DNA of 59,119 nucleotides, the filler included, from Sphacelaria rigidula (lineage: Eukaryota), in assembly GCA_964200075.2 (NCBI GenBank). It is 7 parts of 7 records of this genome, joined end to end, with 100 filler letters (N's around TTAATTAATTAA, not from the genome) between each part and the next. Parts side by side here need not be neighbours in the genome. Positions count along the whole stretch, not along the records: positions 33,842 to 42,201 come from CAXNAA020011397.1; positions 42,302 to 50,660 come from CAXNAA020011398.1; positions 50,761 to 59,119 come from CAXNAA020011399.1; 4 more parts are not named here. One strand, 5' to 3'. The notes below the pieces were generated by a model. It was not told the DNA's origin and searched no databases. It saw nothing but the letters and a program-made list of their open reading frames with translations. Shown in pieces: positions 38,938 through 50,979 of this stretch (the first letter of the stretch is position 1; the number at the start of each line of letters is the position of its first letter). Made by a program: the position numbers and the translations under genes.

Positions 38938-39103
38938 TGTAGCCAAATGATACCAAGCCGTAGGCACCAGTATAATCGCATGCATGATTGGAGCAGTGGC
39001 AAGAGACAGGGGATCCTGGATTGATTGCCCTTTTCTGTGTGACCCCTTGCTGTCTGGCGCGTGATCTGTTGAGGATCACTCCGTGATAATAATACGTTAG
39101 AAG
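38938..39103 (+). repeat. 3' LTR (alignable part)
   Basis: Starts TGTAGCC shortly after the chromodomain ORF. Confidence 0.8.
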
Positions 39104-39219
39104 TATTTTGCTTTCCCTCCGGCCTCGACCCGAGCGCTGAGGACGGGTTGGGCTGGCTGACGGCATCGACCCAAGGAAAGACGAAGCAATTTGGCTAGTA
39201 CGGAGTATCTGTGACATCT

Positions 39220-42201
39220 ACTGTCAGTCTACTTCGTGCCACGCCCGTACGGCAGCTGGGTTACTCCTCATCCCACGTACCCCTGCTCGTGCAAGCCATA
39301 CGGTGGTTATCACCCGTGATACAGTCGGTACCTTTCCCCGGTCGAACCGCCGTCACCGGGTTTAGGACAGCTAAGGCAGCGACCCCTGGAAGAGTACAAC
39401 ACTCGGCTTGTGCGGAGATCACCTCCTACTGTCTAAGTGCTACGCACCACAGTGGGGTGGGTTTGAATGCCCTTTGCACCAGCGCCCCTGAGTGCACCAT
39501 ACGGTGTTTACTCCGTAAACGTGCTGCTACATGACGATGATACCAGAACACGCCCTACCCATGCCGGAAGGGACCGCTAACCCGACTACTCATCGCCACC
39601 GCCGAAAATAGTGTTGTAGCTCTGAGGGAAGACAGCGGCGTGCGTGTAAGCATAAAGGTCGACATAATGGAGGTCGACGTGCGCGAGGTCCGCTGAACCT
39701 CACGCGGGAACAGATAGGCATGATCCAGCGTGGGCAGAAGAGTGCGTGTAAAAGGAGAATTGTAGCATATAAACGCTGGATCAGACACCAGAAAGAAAGC
39801 GGCAGAGAAAAACGATTGAAGAGAAGGAGGGAAAGATCAGCTTGGCGAGCCGACAAAGCTTAGGCTCACGCCAACCGTACTGCCGCAAGGGCGGAGGCTC
39901 GATCCAAAGGGCTGGTGGTGGCCACGTGGAATGTACGCACCATGACCGAGAGAGGTTCCAACGGCACAGGCCACGCAGAGGACCTACTGCTTTTTGCGTC
40001 CAAGTACAACTGTGATTCCGTCGCCCTCCAAGAAACCCGTCGCGATGGACGAACAATCTTCCACACACCGGCAGCAGGCTACATAGTTCACTGCAGCGGC
40101 CACTGCCATGGAGACGGGGGGAAACCGGGAATGCTCGCAGTCGGCCTTGTCATCAAGGAGTCTATCGCCAACACACTGGGTCCAGATGCCATCACTCCCG
40201 AACACGTGAGTGCCAGGGTCCTGACGGCACGAGTAGGTTTCCGGCATAGAGTTGCCACAACCTTCATTGTAGGGTATGCTCCTACTGAGACAGCACAAGG
40301 TTCTGATAAGACCACGTTCTGGAAAACTTTCTGTAGTTCCATCGCTGAGGTGCCGACCAACGAGCACCTAATACTACTGATGGATGCCAATGCTCGTACC
40401 GGAAAGAGAGAAGTAGAAGGCATGGGTGACGCTCGGGTATTGGGATAGTATGGCAGAGACACCCGGAACAATAATGGTAGACGCCTCCTGAAATGCGTCG
40501 CGGAAAATAGAATGGTTATCACCAACACATTTTTTCGCACACCACTTCGCGGGGAAAGCTCGACCGCGTACACATATGCGGGGCCGAAGGTCGAACACCG
40601 CTGGCGCCTGGACTACATCCTCATACGCCAGCAAGACCGCAGACTCGTCCGGCTTGTGACGGTGCACCCCGAGATGAAATCGGATCATCGTCTGGTCTCT
40701 GCCGCAATCCGTCTCCTTGGACGGACCGCCCCCAACTGCCAACCGCGACCGAGAGGCGGGGATAGAGAAGCGCGTTTCGACCGCCCAGCCCTCGCATCCG
40801 ACCGAAGCTTGAAGGCTACTGTTGCACAGGCCATTGTCGTTAAGCTCCCGAATGCCACTGATTCCCCCGCAGTAATGTACGTCAACCACATGCCATCTAC
40901 CTTCGCCAACGCCCTGTGACACACGGCCGCGGGTACACTCCCCCGATGCCCCAAAAAAAACATCTAGAGGTTTCAGCGAGTCATCTCAAGCTAAGGATCG
41001 CCTCTAAAAGGCATGGGATCTCCTGGAAAGAGTATGGAACAAACAACGAGCAAACCCCAAAGACATTGTCCTGAAGAAGGTGCTAAAGGTGACGGACAAG
41101 GCGTTCAAGCGGGTGAAGGATGCTGAGCTGCAGAACTTCTTCAACGAGTTCACAGTCCGGACTGCGGACTTTGTTCGCAAGAAGGATCAAGCAGGACTGT
41201 ACCAGCATATCAAGTCCTTGGAACTGGAAGGGAAGAAGCAGAGCAGCTCAACCTACGTCCGGAGCGCGACTGGCGAGCTGTTGCGAGACAAGCAAGCTAT
41301 CCTGCAACGATGGAAGGAATGGTTTTACACACTGCTGAACACAACCTCACCCAAAATCGATCACTCTGTCATCGATCTCATCGAACAGCTGCCAGAGCAC
41401 ACACCGCTCGCGGCGGAGCCCTCGATTGTAGAAGTGAAGCAAGCAGTGGGCAAACTGGCGAACGGTAAGGCCGTTGGGACGGACGACATCTGTGGTGAAC
41501 TGTTAAAGCTCGGCCGCACCGAAGACTCTGCCATCCTGAAGTACCTCCACGACATCGTGCTCACCGTGTGGGGTCAGGAACTTGTACCGCAAGAGTGGAA
41601 ATACACTATCATCAAGGTGCTCTTCAAGACACTGGACCCGTGCGAATGCGGGAACTACCGTGGTATTTCTCTTGGGTCCCACGCGGGCAAGGTGGTGCTC
41701 AAGATAGTTGCGACTCGCCTCAGTGCCTACTGCGAGTGGAAGGGAATCCTCCCAGAAGCGCAATACGGTTTCCGACCTGACCGTTCCACAGTCGACATGA
41801 TGTTCATTGTACGCAGACTCCAAGAACTGGCCCAGAGAAGAATCTTCCTCTGTATATGTGCTCCATCGACCTCCAAAACGCGTACGACTCAGTGGACTGC
41901 TCTCTTCTCTGGAACGTTCTAGCACGCTACGGTATACCCGCCAAGGTAATTTCCATCGTCCGCCAATTCCATGACGGCATGCGGGCATGCGTACGCCTGG
42001 ACAGCGGCGAGACATCTGCGTGATTTTACGTTAACGAGGGCCTCCGCCAAGGTCGTGTACTTTCCCTCGATCTGTCCAACATCCTCTTCGCGGCGATGAT
42101 GACGGTATCGTTCGACCGCTTCTCGATCAATAAAGCAGTGATGCAGGGTTTAATCCGAATTGCTCAAAGGGGGGGAAAACCAAGGACGAACTCAGCAAAG
42201 T
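39220..42201 (+). mobile_element. Non-LTR retrotransposon (LINE, RTE-like), APE + RT, cut by contig end
   Basis: VATWNVRTM, VALQETR, GYAPT, MDANAR, RLDYIL, SDHRLV (APE); [40 protein letters not shown] (RT); stops and frameshifts; 5' boundary approximate. Confidence 0.92.
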
Positions 42202-42301
42202 NNNNNNNNNNNNNNNNNNNNNNNNNNNNNNNNNNNNNNNNNNNNTTAATTAATTAANNNNNNNNNNNNNNNNNNNNNNNNNNNNNNNNNNNNNNNNNNN
42301 N
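42202..42301. other. Artificial contig spacer
   Basis: N44-TTAATTAATTAA-N44. Confidence 0.98.
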
Positions 42302-43052
42302 CCTCAGTGTGTAGGAAGCAGCCGAGATACAAGGGCAAGTGCAAGCACGATTAAGCGACAGTGGTGGGGTGTGAAGTAGTAAGCCTGAGGTGTGCGGGTT
42401 ACGGGATACGGGCGTCGCGACTATCAGCAAGTTACAACATTTCGAACCGCTGCCGTAGCTCGTGCGTCCCGAGTATTTCTTTTTGGTTTGCGAAATACGG
42501 CCAAGAAGTGAGAGAAACAAACACAGCATAGCGAGGACGAGAAAACTACAGGGGAAGACGTACGGAAGTAGATAACGTTGTTTGTAGTGAGGACAAGCTA
42601 AAGGAACACGACCTACCCAACGGAAACTCCACAATGCGCTATACCTCGTGCTCGGGCGCGACCCGGCGACTCGTGGGTGACTGCGACCCATCACTGTCAT
42701 TATGATCTGGTCTTGCGCTTCTGCGGACTAGATCGCTGGAAGATTTGGCCGGGGGTGCGTGCACGAGGTTGGATGGTTTTATTGCGACGTCGACGCTCCG
42801 TTCTCGGATCCTTCGTTCATGGCGACGGTGGTGATGGCGGTGATGGCAGTGTTTGCTTCTCAGCGGGCTTCCAGAGTTCAGGGCGACGTAGTCAATATTC
42901 GCATGACTATTGTATGCTGCAGCCTTGCCACTAGTCTGCTCGCCAACAGAGAGATGATTGATGGCGGACAAAGTAATGTTATTTCTTACTCAGTGGCTGA
43001 GCGATCGGTTGGTTGTGTAGCGCAATGTTGTCTCTAGTAAAATAGCAGCACC

Positions 43053-46000
43053 ATGCTTCTTGACATAAAAATACCTCGTACAGTGCCTCCTCTTCTTCCA
43101 AGCCCGGGGTTCCTTCATCCCCCTCAGAGAAAGAAACGGATAAGGGCAACAACAACAAAAAAGACCCCCAGGCGCGACCCTGCAAAGAGCCAACGCCCCA
43201 AGCAGGGGCAAACCGTCGGCAACGCCGGTAGCGACAGGGGGAACCGCTTTACTCTTCCCCGCGAGGAGGACGAAAGCAGTACCAGCGTCGCGGACGCTGA
43301 TTCGGAAAACATCGGCAGGTCCTCGTCAACTACAGCCGTCACGTTTTCCGACTCAGCCCCGGGCCACATCAAGGAAGCAGCTCTACACCTCGCATTGAAA
43401 ACTATCGAGTAGCACTCTGAAAAAGTGACGGATCCTCCCGAGTGGGCTTTGCGAGCACTGGGAATGCTGGATTCCCCTCACGGCGTGGTCCAACAAGTGC
43501 ATCAGGTGAACAATAGTGCGGTAACAGAATAGGCGAACCCAGAGGTAAAAGTAGTCGGGGGTGGTTCGGTACCTCTACGTCACGGTGATCGTGCAACTAA
43601 TGACACGCCTCCGCCAAGCTCTCGTGGAGCATTAGCACCAACCACGCCACCTCGAGTGTCCTGGGCGGCCAATAACAATGTAGTAAATCAACTCACTGGA
43701 CTCAATCATTCTCCCGGAACACACTCTCAAGCCTCGCCGACTTCCGCCCAAGTTCACCCGAGCAACGTAGGTTACGCTTCCCCTACGAACCGACAAGTGG
43801 TCAATAATCCTCAGGCATCGCCTCACATGCCTGTCCGAACTTTTTCACTACAAGGATCACAACATCAGACCCCCTCGCATGAAAACCAAACTTGATCAAG
43901 TACTATTGGCAATATAGCACACACGCCGCGCTTCACGCTTAAGCAGAACGATCTCGGTTCCAACATGGTTCTAAGAGGACACCAACCGGAAACATTCTGA
44001 CTACTATAATGCGACAGTACCGCTCACGAGTTGAAATTACCTCGCAAGATCGATGTACGCGGGAAGAAATCGATCGCCGATGCATCAAGCATTTACAACT
44101 CTTACTGAGGGACACAGCTCTCGACGCTTACACGGATCTCGTGACCGGTACTTTGGAATGGTGGGCAGAAGCAAATCTCGAAGCCCTTCGGGCACAAGGA
44201 GGTGAAGTATCTACCCGAGCCCCTACAACGTGGGGCGAGTGGGTAGATGCTTATGCACATTTATGCTCTCCATCTAATCGCGTAGCAATCCTCGCTCGGG
44301 CTATAGCGGAGCTCAAATATAAGGACCACCACACAGTGGACTCGTTCGCGTTAGAAATGTCCGAAGCACACGCTCGTTTTTACGCAGAAGCCACACGAGT
44401 CGCTCCACATGGTAGGGGCCCAGTTAGCTTCGCGCGGGAAGCCAGCCAAACGGCTGCTTTTGAAGCAGGACTCCCGCTACATATCAGAGTCGAAATTGTA
44501 CGAGAAGATCCCACCCACAGTTTCCAAGTTCCCAGAGCCCGCGTGAAAAAACATGAAACCAATAACCTGCGCGGGACTCAGCCTCACGTTCCCGATCCCT
44601 CCATGAACCACGTTCCCTCTCTCCCCATGCATAACCCATCTCAGCTTGCGGAAACGGTCGCTGACCAAGGTCAGAAAATCGAAAAACTGTTGAAAGAGAG
44701 GCGGTGGGCTGGCGGTGACCGGAGGAGGTCGAAAAAACGTTCTTCTCATCCCGGCGACAAACGTGGTCCGTCGTCTACTCCCAGTGAGACCAGAAAACGT
44801 AGTCGGTCGGAGAGTAGAGGAAGCGGGGAAAACGATGGTTAATCAAGAAGCGCGAACGTTGCACATACAAACCGTGCAGGTTCAAACAAAACCACTCCAT
44901 AGAGAACTGTCAATTGGCAAAAAAACACAAAGAGCAACTGCTAGCTTTAGGTGTTTGATGGTGCCCACAGCAGGGGCCCTCGCCCAGCAATGGGACACGT
45001 GTACAAGCGAAAATATCAACTACCGTAGAATCAGTCGATGGAGTATTTAAGATAGCAAGCGTGACGCAAGAGGACAAGAAATCGAGGGGGGAAATTGCGC
45101 ACCGTAAAATTGGTGCCGACCCTCTGGCGGGAAATAAAAGGGCAATAAACCTGTGTGGTTTGCTAGCCAAGGCGTAGCTTCTTATGTGAGGTCATGTAAG
45201 AGAGTACATATGGAAGGGGTTACGGTTGCAAAGGCTAGTACACAGGAGCAAGTTGGGAATAAAGCAGGTCAAGATAAGATGTTCAGTAAGAGACATCATC
45301 ACCTGGGCATCGCCCCCCAAGCTACTCTTGTATGCAAGACGTCTCTGCAAAATAATGAAAAGCACACATCAAAAGTTTTGCCCCCAAGCTCGACATAATT
45401 CGAGTCCTTCTCCGTGTCTTAGATAGCCCGGTACCCTGGGAACCCGGCTACATTACGACCTGCATCAGCGAGGGTGCAGGATCCCGCCAGAGTAAATGGT
45501 TCCAGCCATAACCATTTATACTGCTTCAGACCTCCCGATCATGAGTTTGAATTTCATCCGTTCACACCCCACTTTGAACGAAGAGGATGTCCAATCAGTC
45601 CCACCACATTCTATTGATCTATGGAGGGTAGACGGTTCACCAATCACGATAAAGGGATTCATTCGCTTTGACCTCACGCTAGGTGACATTACCATGCCCG
45701 TTGAAGCATTTGCCATCAAGGATCTCGGTCCGAATCTCATACTGATTGAGAACTCAGTGATGAATGCATTCGGATCCTCGATTGGCAAGCAGAAACGTTG
45801 ACATTCCGTAGTTCAGCAGTTCGTCTCACAGCTACTCACAGAAGAAAAGACAGAAAAGTTCATCCAACGTTTTCGGAAAATGATTATTGCTCTGTCATAC
45901 GGGTAGCAGCGGCTAAAAATGTACGGGTGTACCTCCCAAAGGGGTCCCCGGTCCCATCTCGAAGTGAGATGGCTCTTTTTGTCGAAACAAGTGAGCCGCC

Positions 46001-46395
46001 AAAACTTACAACTGAAGCGGTCATTGAGCCACGAATTGTAACGGGTGAAGACCTCCAATCCAAAAAAGTACCGTGTGCTTCTAGCCGCCTCGTTGTAGCA
46101 CGCACAGCCTGCATTTGGCCTGCGGTCAAGAAAATAGCTGTGGTACAAGTAGCAAATTCGTCGAATCGACATGTCCAACTCCCACGAAATTTGCTTTTGG
46201 GATACATCTCACAATTTGAGACAAACAAGCCGACGGAAAACGTTACCGAAATTTCAAAAGTTGAAATAAACAAGCCGACGGAAAATGTCAATGCAATTTC
46301 ACAAGTTGAGCAGCAAAGTACTGACGCACGAGAGGAACTGACAACAGCGCTCGAAAATGCATTCTAAGATACCACTTTTTCTGAAAATCAAAGTA
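43053..46395 (+). mobile_element. Truncated Ty3/Gypsy element: gag with zinc knuckle, protease, pre-RT linker; stops before RT
   Basis: ORF 44009-44842 gag-like (TWGEWVDAY...TVDSFA); CTYKPCRFKQNHSIENC; protease-like 45496-45801 (VDGSPITIKG...LILIENSVMNAFG); VVARTA...VQVANSS linker. Confidence 0.7.
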
Positions 46396-47164
46396 GCCCA
46401 GTGTATCCCGAAATATGTATTTGACAGACCCTTGGTTCCTGCAACCAATCTCACTCTTGGTTGATCAGTCCACTTGAATTTTTGATAACGAGAATGAAAT
46501 GCAAAATGCGTTCGTCATTCTGCCCAACAAACTCCCCAGATAGCCAAACTCGTCTTCCATCTCTCTAGAATATTTTTTCTCTTGCACAAAAACCAATACC
46601 AGAACATCAAAATTCAAGTGCATGCAGAGAAATCGAATTAGAAATTTCTTTGCATAGACAGGACAACTACCACGAATTTACCGGTTACTCCTTGTATAGA
46701 CATCACACCCTGGAGAGACGTATAAAACGATTCCCCTGATCCAATATTATATATTGACTCGCAGGGAGTATTGCTTCCAGTTACATTCAAATATCAATGA
46801 CCCAAGAATGAGATCTCGCGGGTACCCTGGTACAAAGTCTGTCCCGCATGTTAAACCGCGGGCGGATTTCCAATGATCAAATCCTCGAATTTGGCTATTT
46901 TGGGGGTTCATGGGGCAGAGTGACAAACGAATTTCGCATTCAATGTTAGTAATTCAAAATGTGGATTGATCGACCGCTATTTTTGGCTACAATGTTTTCG
47001 AAGCTCACAAAGTTTGGTGCTATGTTCCGGAATGCTCCTTGATAGGGTTTCCGTAGAACAACTCGCTGTAGAATGAACGTGTGTGCTGGGAGATTATTTT
47101 TTCTCTGAGTATTTTAGGACTTGTGATTTGAACGAGATTCGTGTTATGACGTGAAGGGATTCAA

Positions 47165-47290
47165 GCTTGCAAGTGTTCACTGATGCCAACTATATCAATT
47201 ATTCTAGGCGGTTAATAGACGATCGTTATCTTTGGGCCTGATGATGTTTTGAGGTGACTGTGTATTAGTTTTCTAGGATGCAGAGAGGTC
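47165..47290 (+). mobile_element. Ty1/Copia RNase H fragment
   Basis: LQVFTDANY...NRRSLSLGLMMF*GDCV..FSRMQR fits the Copia F.DAD...DRRS.SG.....GG..VSW.SR.Q motif. Confidence 0.6.
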
Positions 47291-48426
47291 ATTAGAAGCA
47301 GGTTTTGTGTTCTTATTATGACAGGTAGGAATGCTATGTATTTTTGTATTCAAGCATACCTCTACTATTTTTGGCGTTTTGGTGTGGATTGATTCTAGTT
47401 AAACTTGGGTCATGTTCTCTACCTCGAGGAGAAGTGGTACAAACACCTTTACTGCAACTTTTCATGATGCAGTGTGTATTTTGCGTATTATTTCGAGGAA
47501 TAACTTTGTGCACGGTGAAATGACATCACCGACATGATTTCTGGTTCAGTATGGGTGCAGGGTTATCATACCTGCATCCCTGTATATGGTGATCGTAGGC
47601 GCTTGCCTGATCCAGAACGTGTTGCAGACGGCATGTAGGTTCAAATCAAATTTGACGTAAACGGCGGCGTCTGATTGCAATGTGTACGACACGCTTGTCA
47701 CAGGTTCAAGTATTATTGGAGAATAAAGTGTGTAACTCGGATGTCATCATGGGAATTGAGAAGCCTGAAACGAGTGTCTACTGTGCATTTATATTCGTGA
47801 TTTTTCATCGTTTCAAGGAAAATTGGGGGAGCGGTGAATATTCGAGATTGCTATCCCTATATCAAGTTTTCCTTGTGGTGTACTGACTGACGGAGATGGT
47901 TATTGAAACGAAGCGTTCATGGATTACGAAGAACTGAAGGTTTTCAGGATTCGAACTTTCGATTGCTAAAGTAGGCGAGTTTGCGACGTCTGTGCCTGGC
48001 TGGAAAGGTTTTTTCCTGCCGGGATTATTTTTTCTTTTTAGTTCTTGGTGATACAGTGCTGGATTCATGTTTGGCGAACATGGAGTTTTTTCTCGATTCA
48101 AGTAAGAAGCGTTGGGTATCGAGGATGAACTTTCAAAACTTGAGTCGTGCATAGGGGGGCTGATCGGATATACTCACACTCAAGTATGATATGCATGGTT
48201 GATCGATTTTGCCCCCACCAATTGTTCCGAATAGTAGTATCCTGGAGCCGGACTGTACCTTGGTTCAGACTCGGGTATAGACGGTCGAAATCAGGTACAA
48301 TTGAGGCGGATAATATCGACCGTTAATCCGAATATCCATAGTGATGGAATTCTGTTATAGGTTCAATGGTGTGCCATGAAGTCGCGGAGCGGGGATATCG
48401 AATATCATAGAGCTAGGATTGTGGTG

Positions 48427-48675
48427 TGTTACGACACTGAATTATGGAATATTACGAAGCTGGAATATGGTCAATTACGAGGCTAGGATGTTGTGTGCGA
48501 AATACCTATAATTGGTGGATGGTACGGAAGACCAGTTTTTCCCGGTGCGTGTAGTCGGCTTTCCCCACCGCGATCAGTACAGTTCATCTACTGCTCGTCC
48601 ATGTCATCTACTACTGTCCGTTCGTCCAGAGTCCAGAGACCAGAGTCCGTTAGTCCAGAATTCGTGTATGTAACA
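48427..48675. repeat. Probable single LTR (249 bp)
   Basis: Inverted termini TGTTAC...GTAACA; no TSD and no partner in the contig. Confidence 0.5.
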
Positions 48676-48839
48676 TAATATATGGTTCGTATCAACTGGC
48701 CTCGACCGGCCAACCGCTAATCCCGACGATGCACCCGGAGCACGAGATATCCGATTACATTGGGCGGATACAAATGTTTGACACGCTCGAATAGTAACTG
48801 ACCTTTGAATATGATTCTTTGCTAATTAGCCGTCTATAG

Positions 48840-49021
48840 CACTCGCGGTCATTTGGCTACCCCCCAAAAGATGCATCCAGAGGGATTAAAAACCTGTAGA
48901 GGCAAAACAAGCCTCTGGAGGCGTGTAATCCTTCTGGAGGAAACCGATAACTACCCCTCTGGAGGCTCGAAAAATTGACCGCTCTGGAGGTGTTGTGGGG
49001 GTAGCCAAATGACCGCGTGTA
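48840..49021. mobile_element. MITE, short copy
   Basis: TIR CGCGGTCATTTGGCTACCCCC...GGGGGTAGCCAAATGACCGCG; internal CTGGAGG motifs. Confidence 0.8.
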
Positions 49022-49482
49022 AGGCACAAGTTTCATGTGAAGAAGAGGATGTGGGTATTCCGAGTTGTGTCCGACGTTCGATGAAGGAATTGATATTGCA
49101 TGATTGAGTGGGTCTGGATACAATTTGTATGTTCCATGTGCACAACGAACAGCGATTTCCGGAATTGTCTATAGTCTATGATTGACGGCACGATGCACGG
49201 GGTATTCAGCTGGTGCCGACGAAGCGTTGGTTGCGCTTCTGGGCCAGCATCGTTGCTACTTTTATCTTGCCTGCAGTTTGGCTCTTTTGATCCTTGTATG
49301 ATGACTGTGTGAGTTATTGTACATTCTTTGGTGTGGAGTGCAACACACAACACCCCTGCCGTCATTTCCACTCTGGTTGTCCGTCGGCTAATCAGCGACT
49401 GTACTACCCTTGCTTCGCGGGCCACGCGAGTCCTGGCTGGTGAGCCTTGGTTAGGGGACTAGGCTACTGGTTAGTAACTGTA

Positions 49483-49833
49483 CACACGCGGCCATTTGGC
49501 TACCCCCCAAATCCCTTCAGGTCGGTCAACTTTTCAAGCCTCCGGAGGAATTAAACGCCCCCGGAGGGGTGCATGGTCCTCCAGAGGATATTTTTTGGTT
49601 TCCTGTACAGAGATTAAACTCCTCCGGAGGCTTTTTTTTGCCTGTGGAGGGCCGCGCATCTCTCCGAAGATTTTGCTATCCCCAAATTCCTCCGGAGGGG
49701 TGCGTAGCCCTCCAGGCCGGTGGTGTTTGATTTCCTCCAGAGGGATTGAAGGCCTCCGGAGGCTTGTTTTGTCTCTGGAGGGCCGCGCATACCTCCGGAG
49801 GCATTTTGGGGGTTAGCCAAATGGCCGCGTGTG
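49483..49833. mobile_element. MITE with TA target duplication, long copy
   Basis: TA|CACACGCGGCCATTTGGCTA...TAGCCAAATGGCCGCGTGTG|TA; many CCTCCGGAGG palindromes. Confidence 0.85.
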
Positions 49834-50660
49834 TATAATAAATTGAATATCCACTTCTCGTGAACGCTTTGACCTGGTTTGCTTCACCGTTTCGTGCTGG
49901 CAGAGAATTGGTTTGGTTTTCCTCGTTCCGATGGAATGTCTACAGTTTTTTTTTTCCGAGTCTCCCGTGACGATTTTATACACTCGACTAGTCATGGCAG
50001 TGCCTTTGCATGTAGTTCCTCTGCATCTGTCTTTGTGAGTATCCATGCACCTTAATGTATGCCGGCATCCTTCAACGTTTAGGATTGTTGGGCTACACTT
50101 TTGCGGTACGGGAGAAGGTGTGGGTGCAGCACTCTCGTCCTTTATCATGGCCTACAAGTGCTGCACCCATGAGAGGCATCTGCAGTGTGATGGGGATTTG
50201 CAGCTGCTGAGATGTTGTTTCTGGGTACAGACCACCGGGTACGAGGAGTGTATATCTGGGGCTAATAAATGAACGCTCAGCTGATCAACTGTGTCGTTTC
50301 GCAGACAAGTACGTAATGGTCGCTATTGGATGGTATGGCGTGAAATGATACAGGTTGTACGGTATAATATTTGCGTAATTAACAGCTCGAAGTAACATCG
50401 TTTGATTTAGTTATGACTTTGAGTGAAGACACGTCATGGAGCAGCCTGGATTCGTCTTTGCGGTTCAACATTATAATGAGTTTCAACTGGAAAACAGTGC
50501 TTTGCCTGACCTAAAGTCATGACCAATGAATTCCACATGGACGACCTCATGCCCCCCGACCTCCATAAAACTATTTCGGGGATTGCCCGTCTTCCGTGCC
50601 CCCAAAGTGTATACACGCAAGCACCAATTTTGGGCTCAAAATGTCCCCTTTTTCGCCCCG

Positions 50661-50760
50661 NNNNNNNNNNNNNNNNNNNNNNNNNNNNNNNNNNNNNNNN
50701 NNNNTTAATTAATTAANNNNNNNNNNNNNNNNNNNNNNNNNNNNNNNNNNNNNNNNNNNN
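50661..50760. other. Artificial contig spacer
   Basis: N44-TTAATTAATTAA-N44. Confidence 0.98.
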
Positions 50761-50979
50761 GTTGCTTGTCTCTCTGGTGAAGTCGTCATCGACACGCGTG
50801 TACACCGCATTCGTTAGGTGCACCTAGCCACAGCTGCTCAGCTGCTGCGGTCATTTGGGGGGGAAGATGGCTTCGCTAGGTCGTTTCGGGTCTTCCGTGC
50901 AAGAGAGAAATGCCACTTCAACCCCATATTTTGTATGAACCCCAAAATTTAAAATCGGCTGTTAGAAGTATACATATGC

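Larger units (their letters stand above)
34509..39103 (+). mobile_element. Ty3/Gypsy LTR retrotransposon with chromodomain, decayed, integrase core deleted
   Basis: Direct repeats at 34509 and 38938; gag 34957-36200; protease ILDSGS (36284); RT WASPAMAV, LDLLQGYW, PQGVLNA; RNase H HEPLAFLSGSF..RWATVDKQSFAIV; GPW motif; chromodomain VLVDWDGFGAEERTW. Confidence 0.92.
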
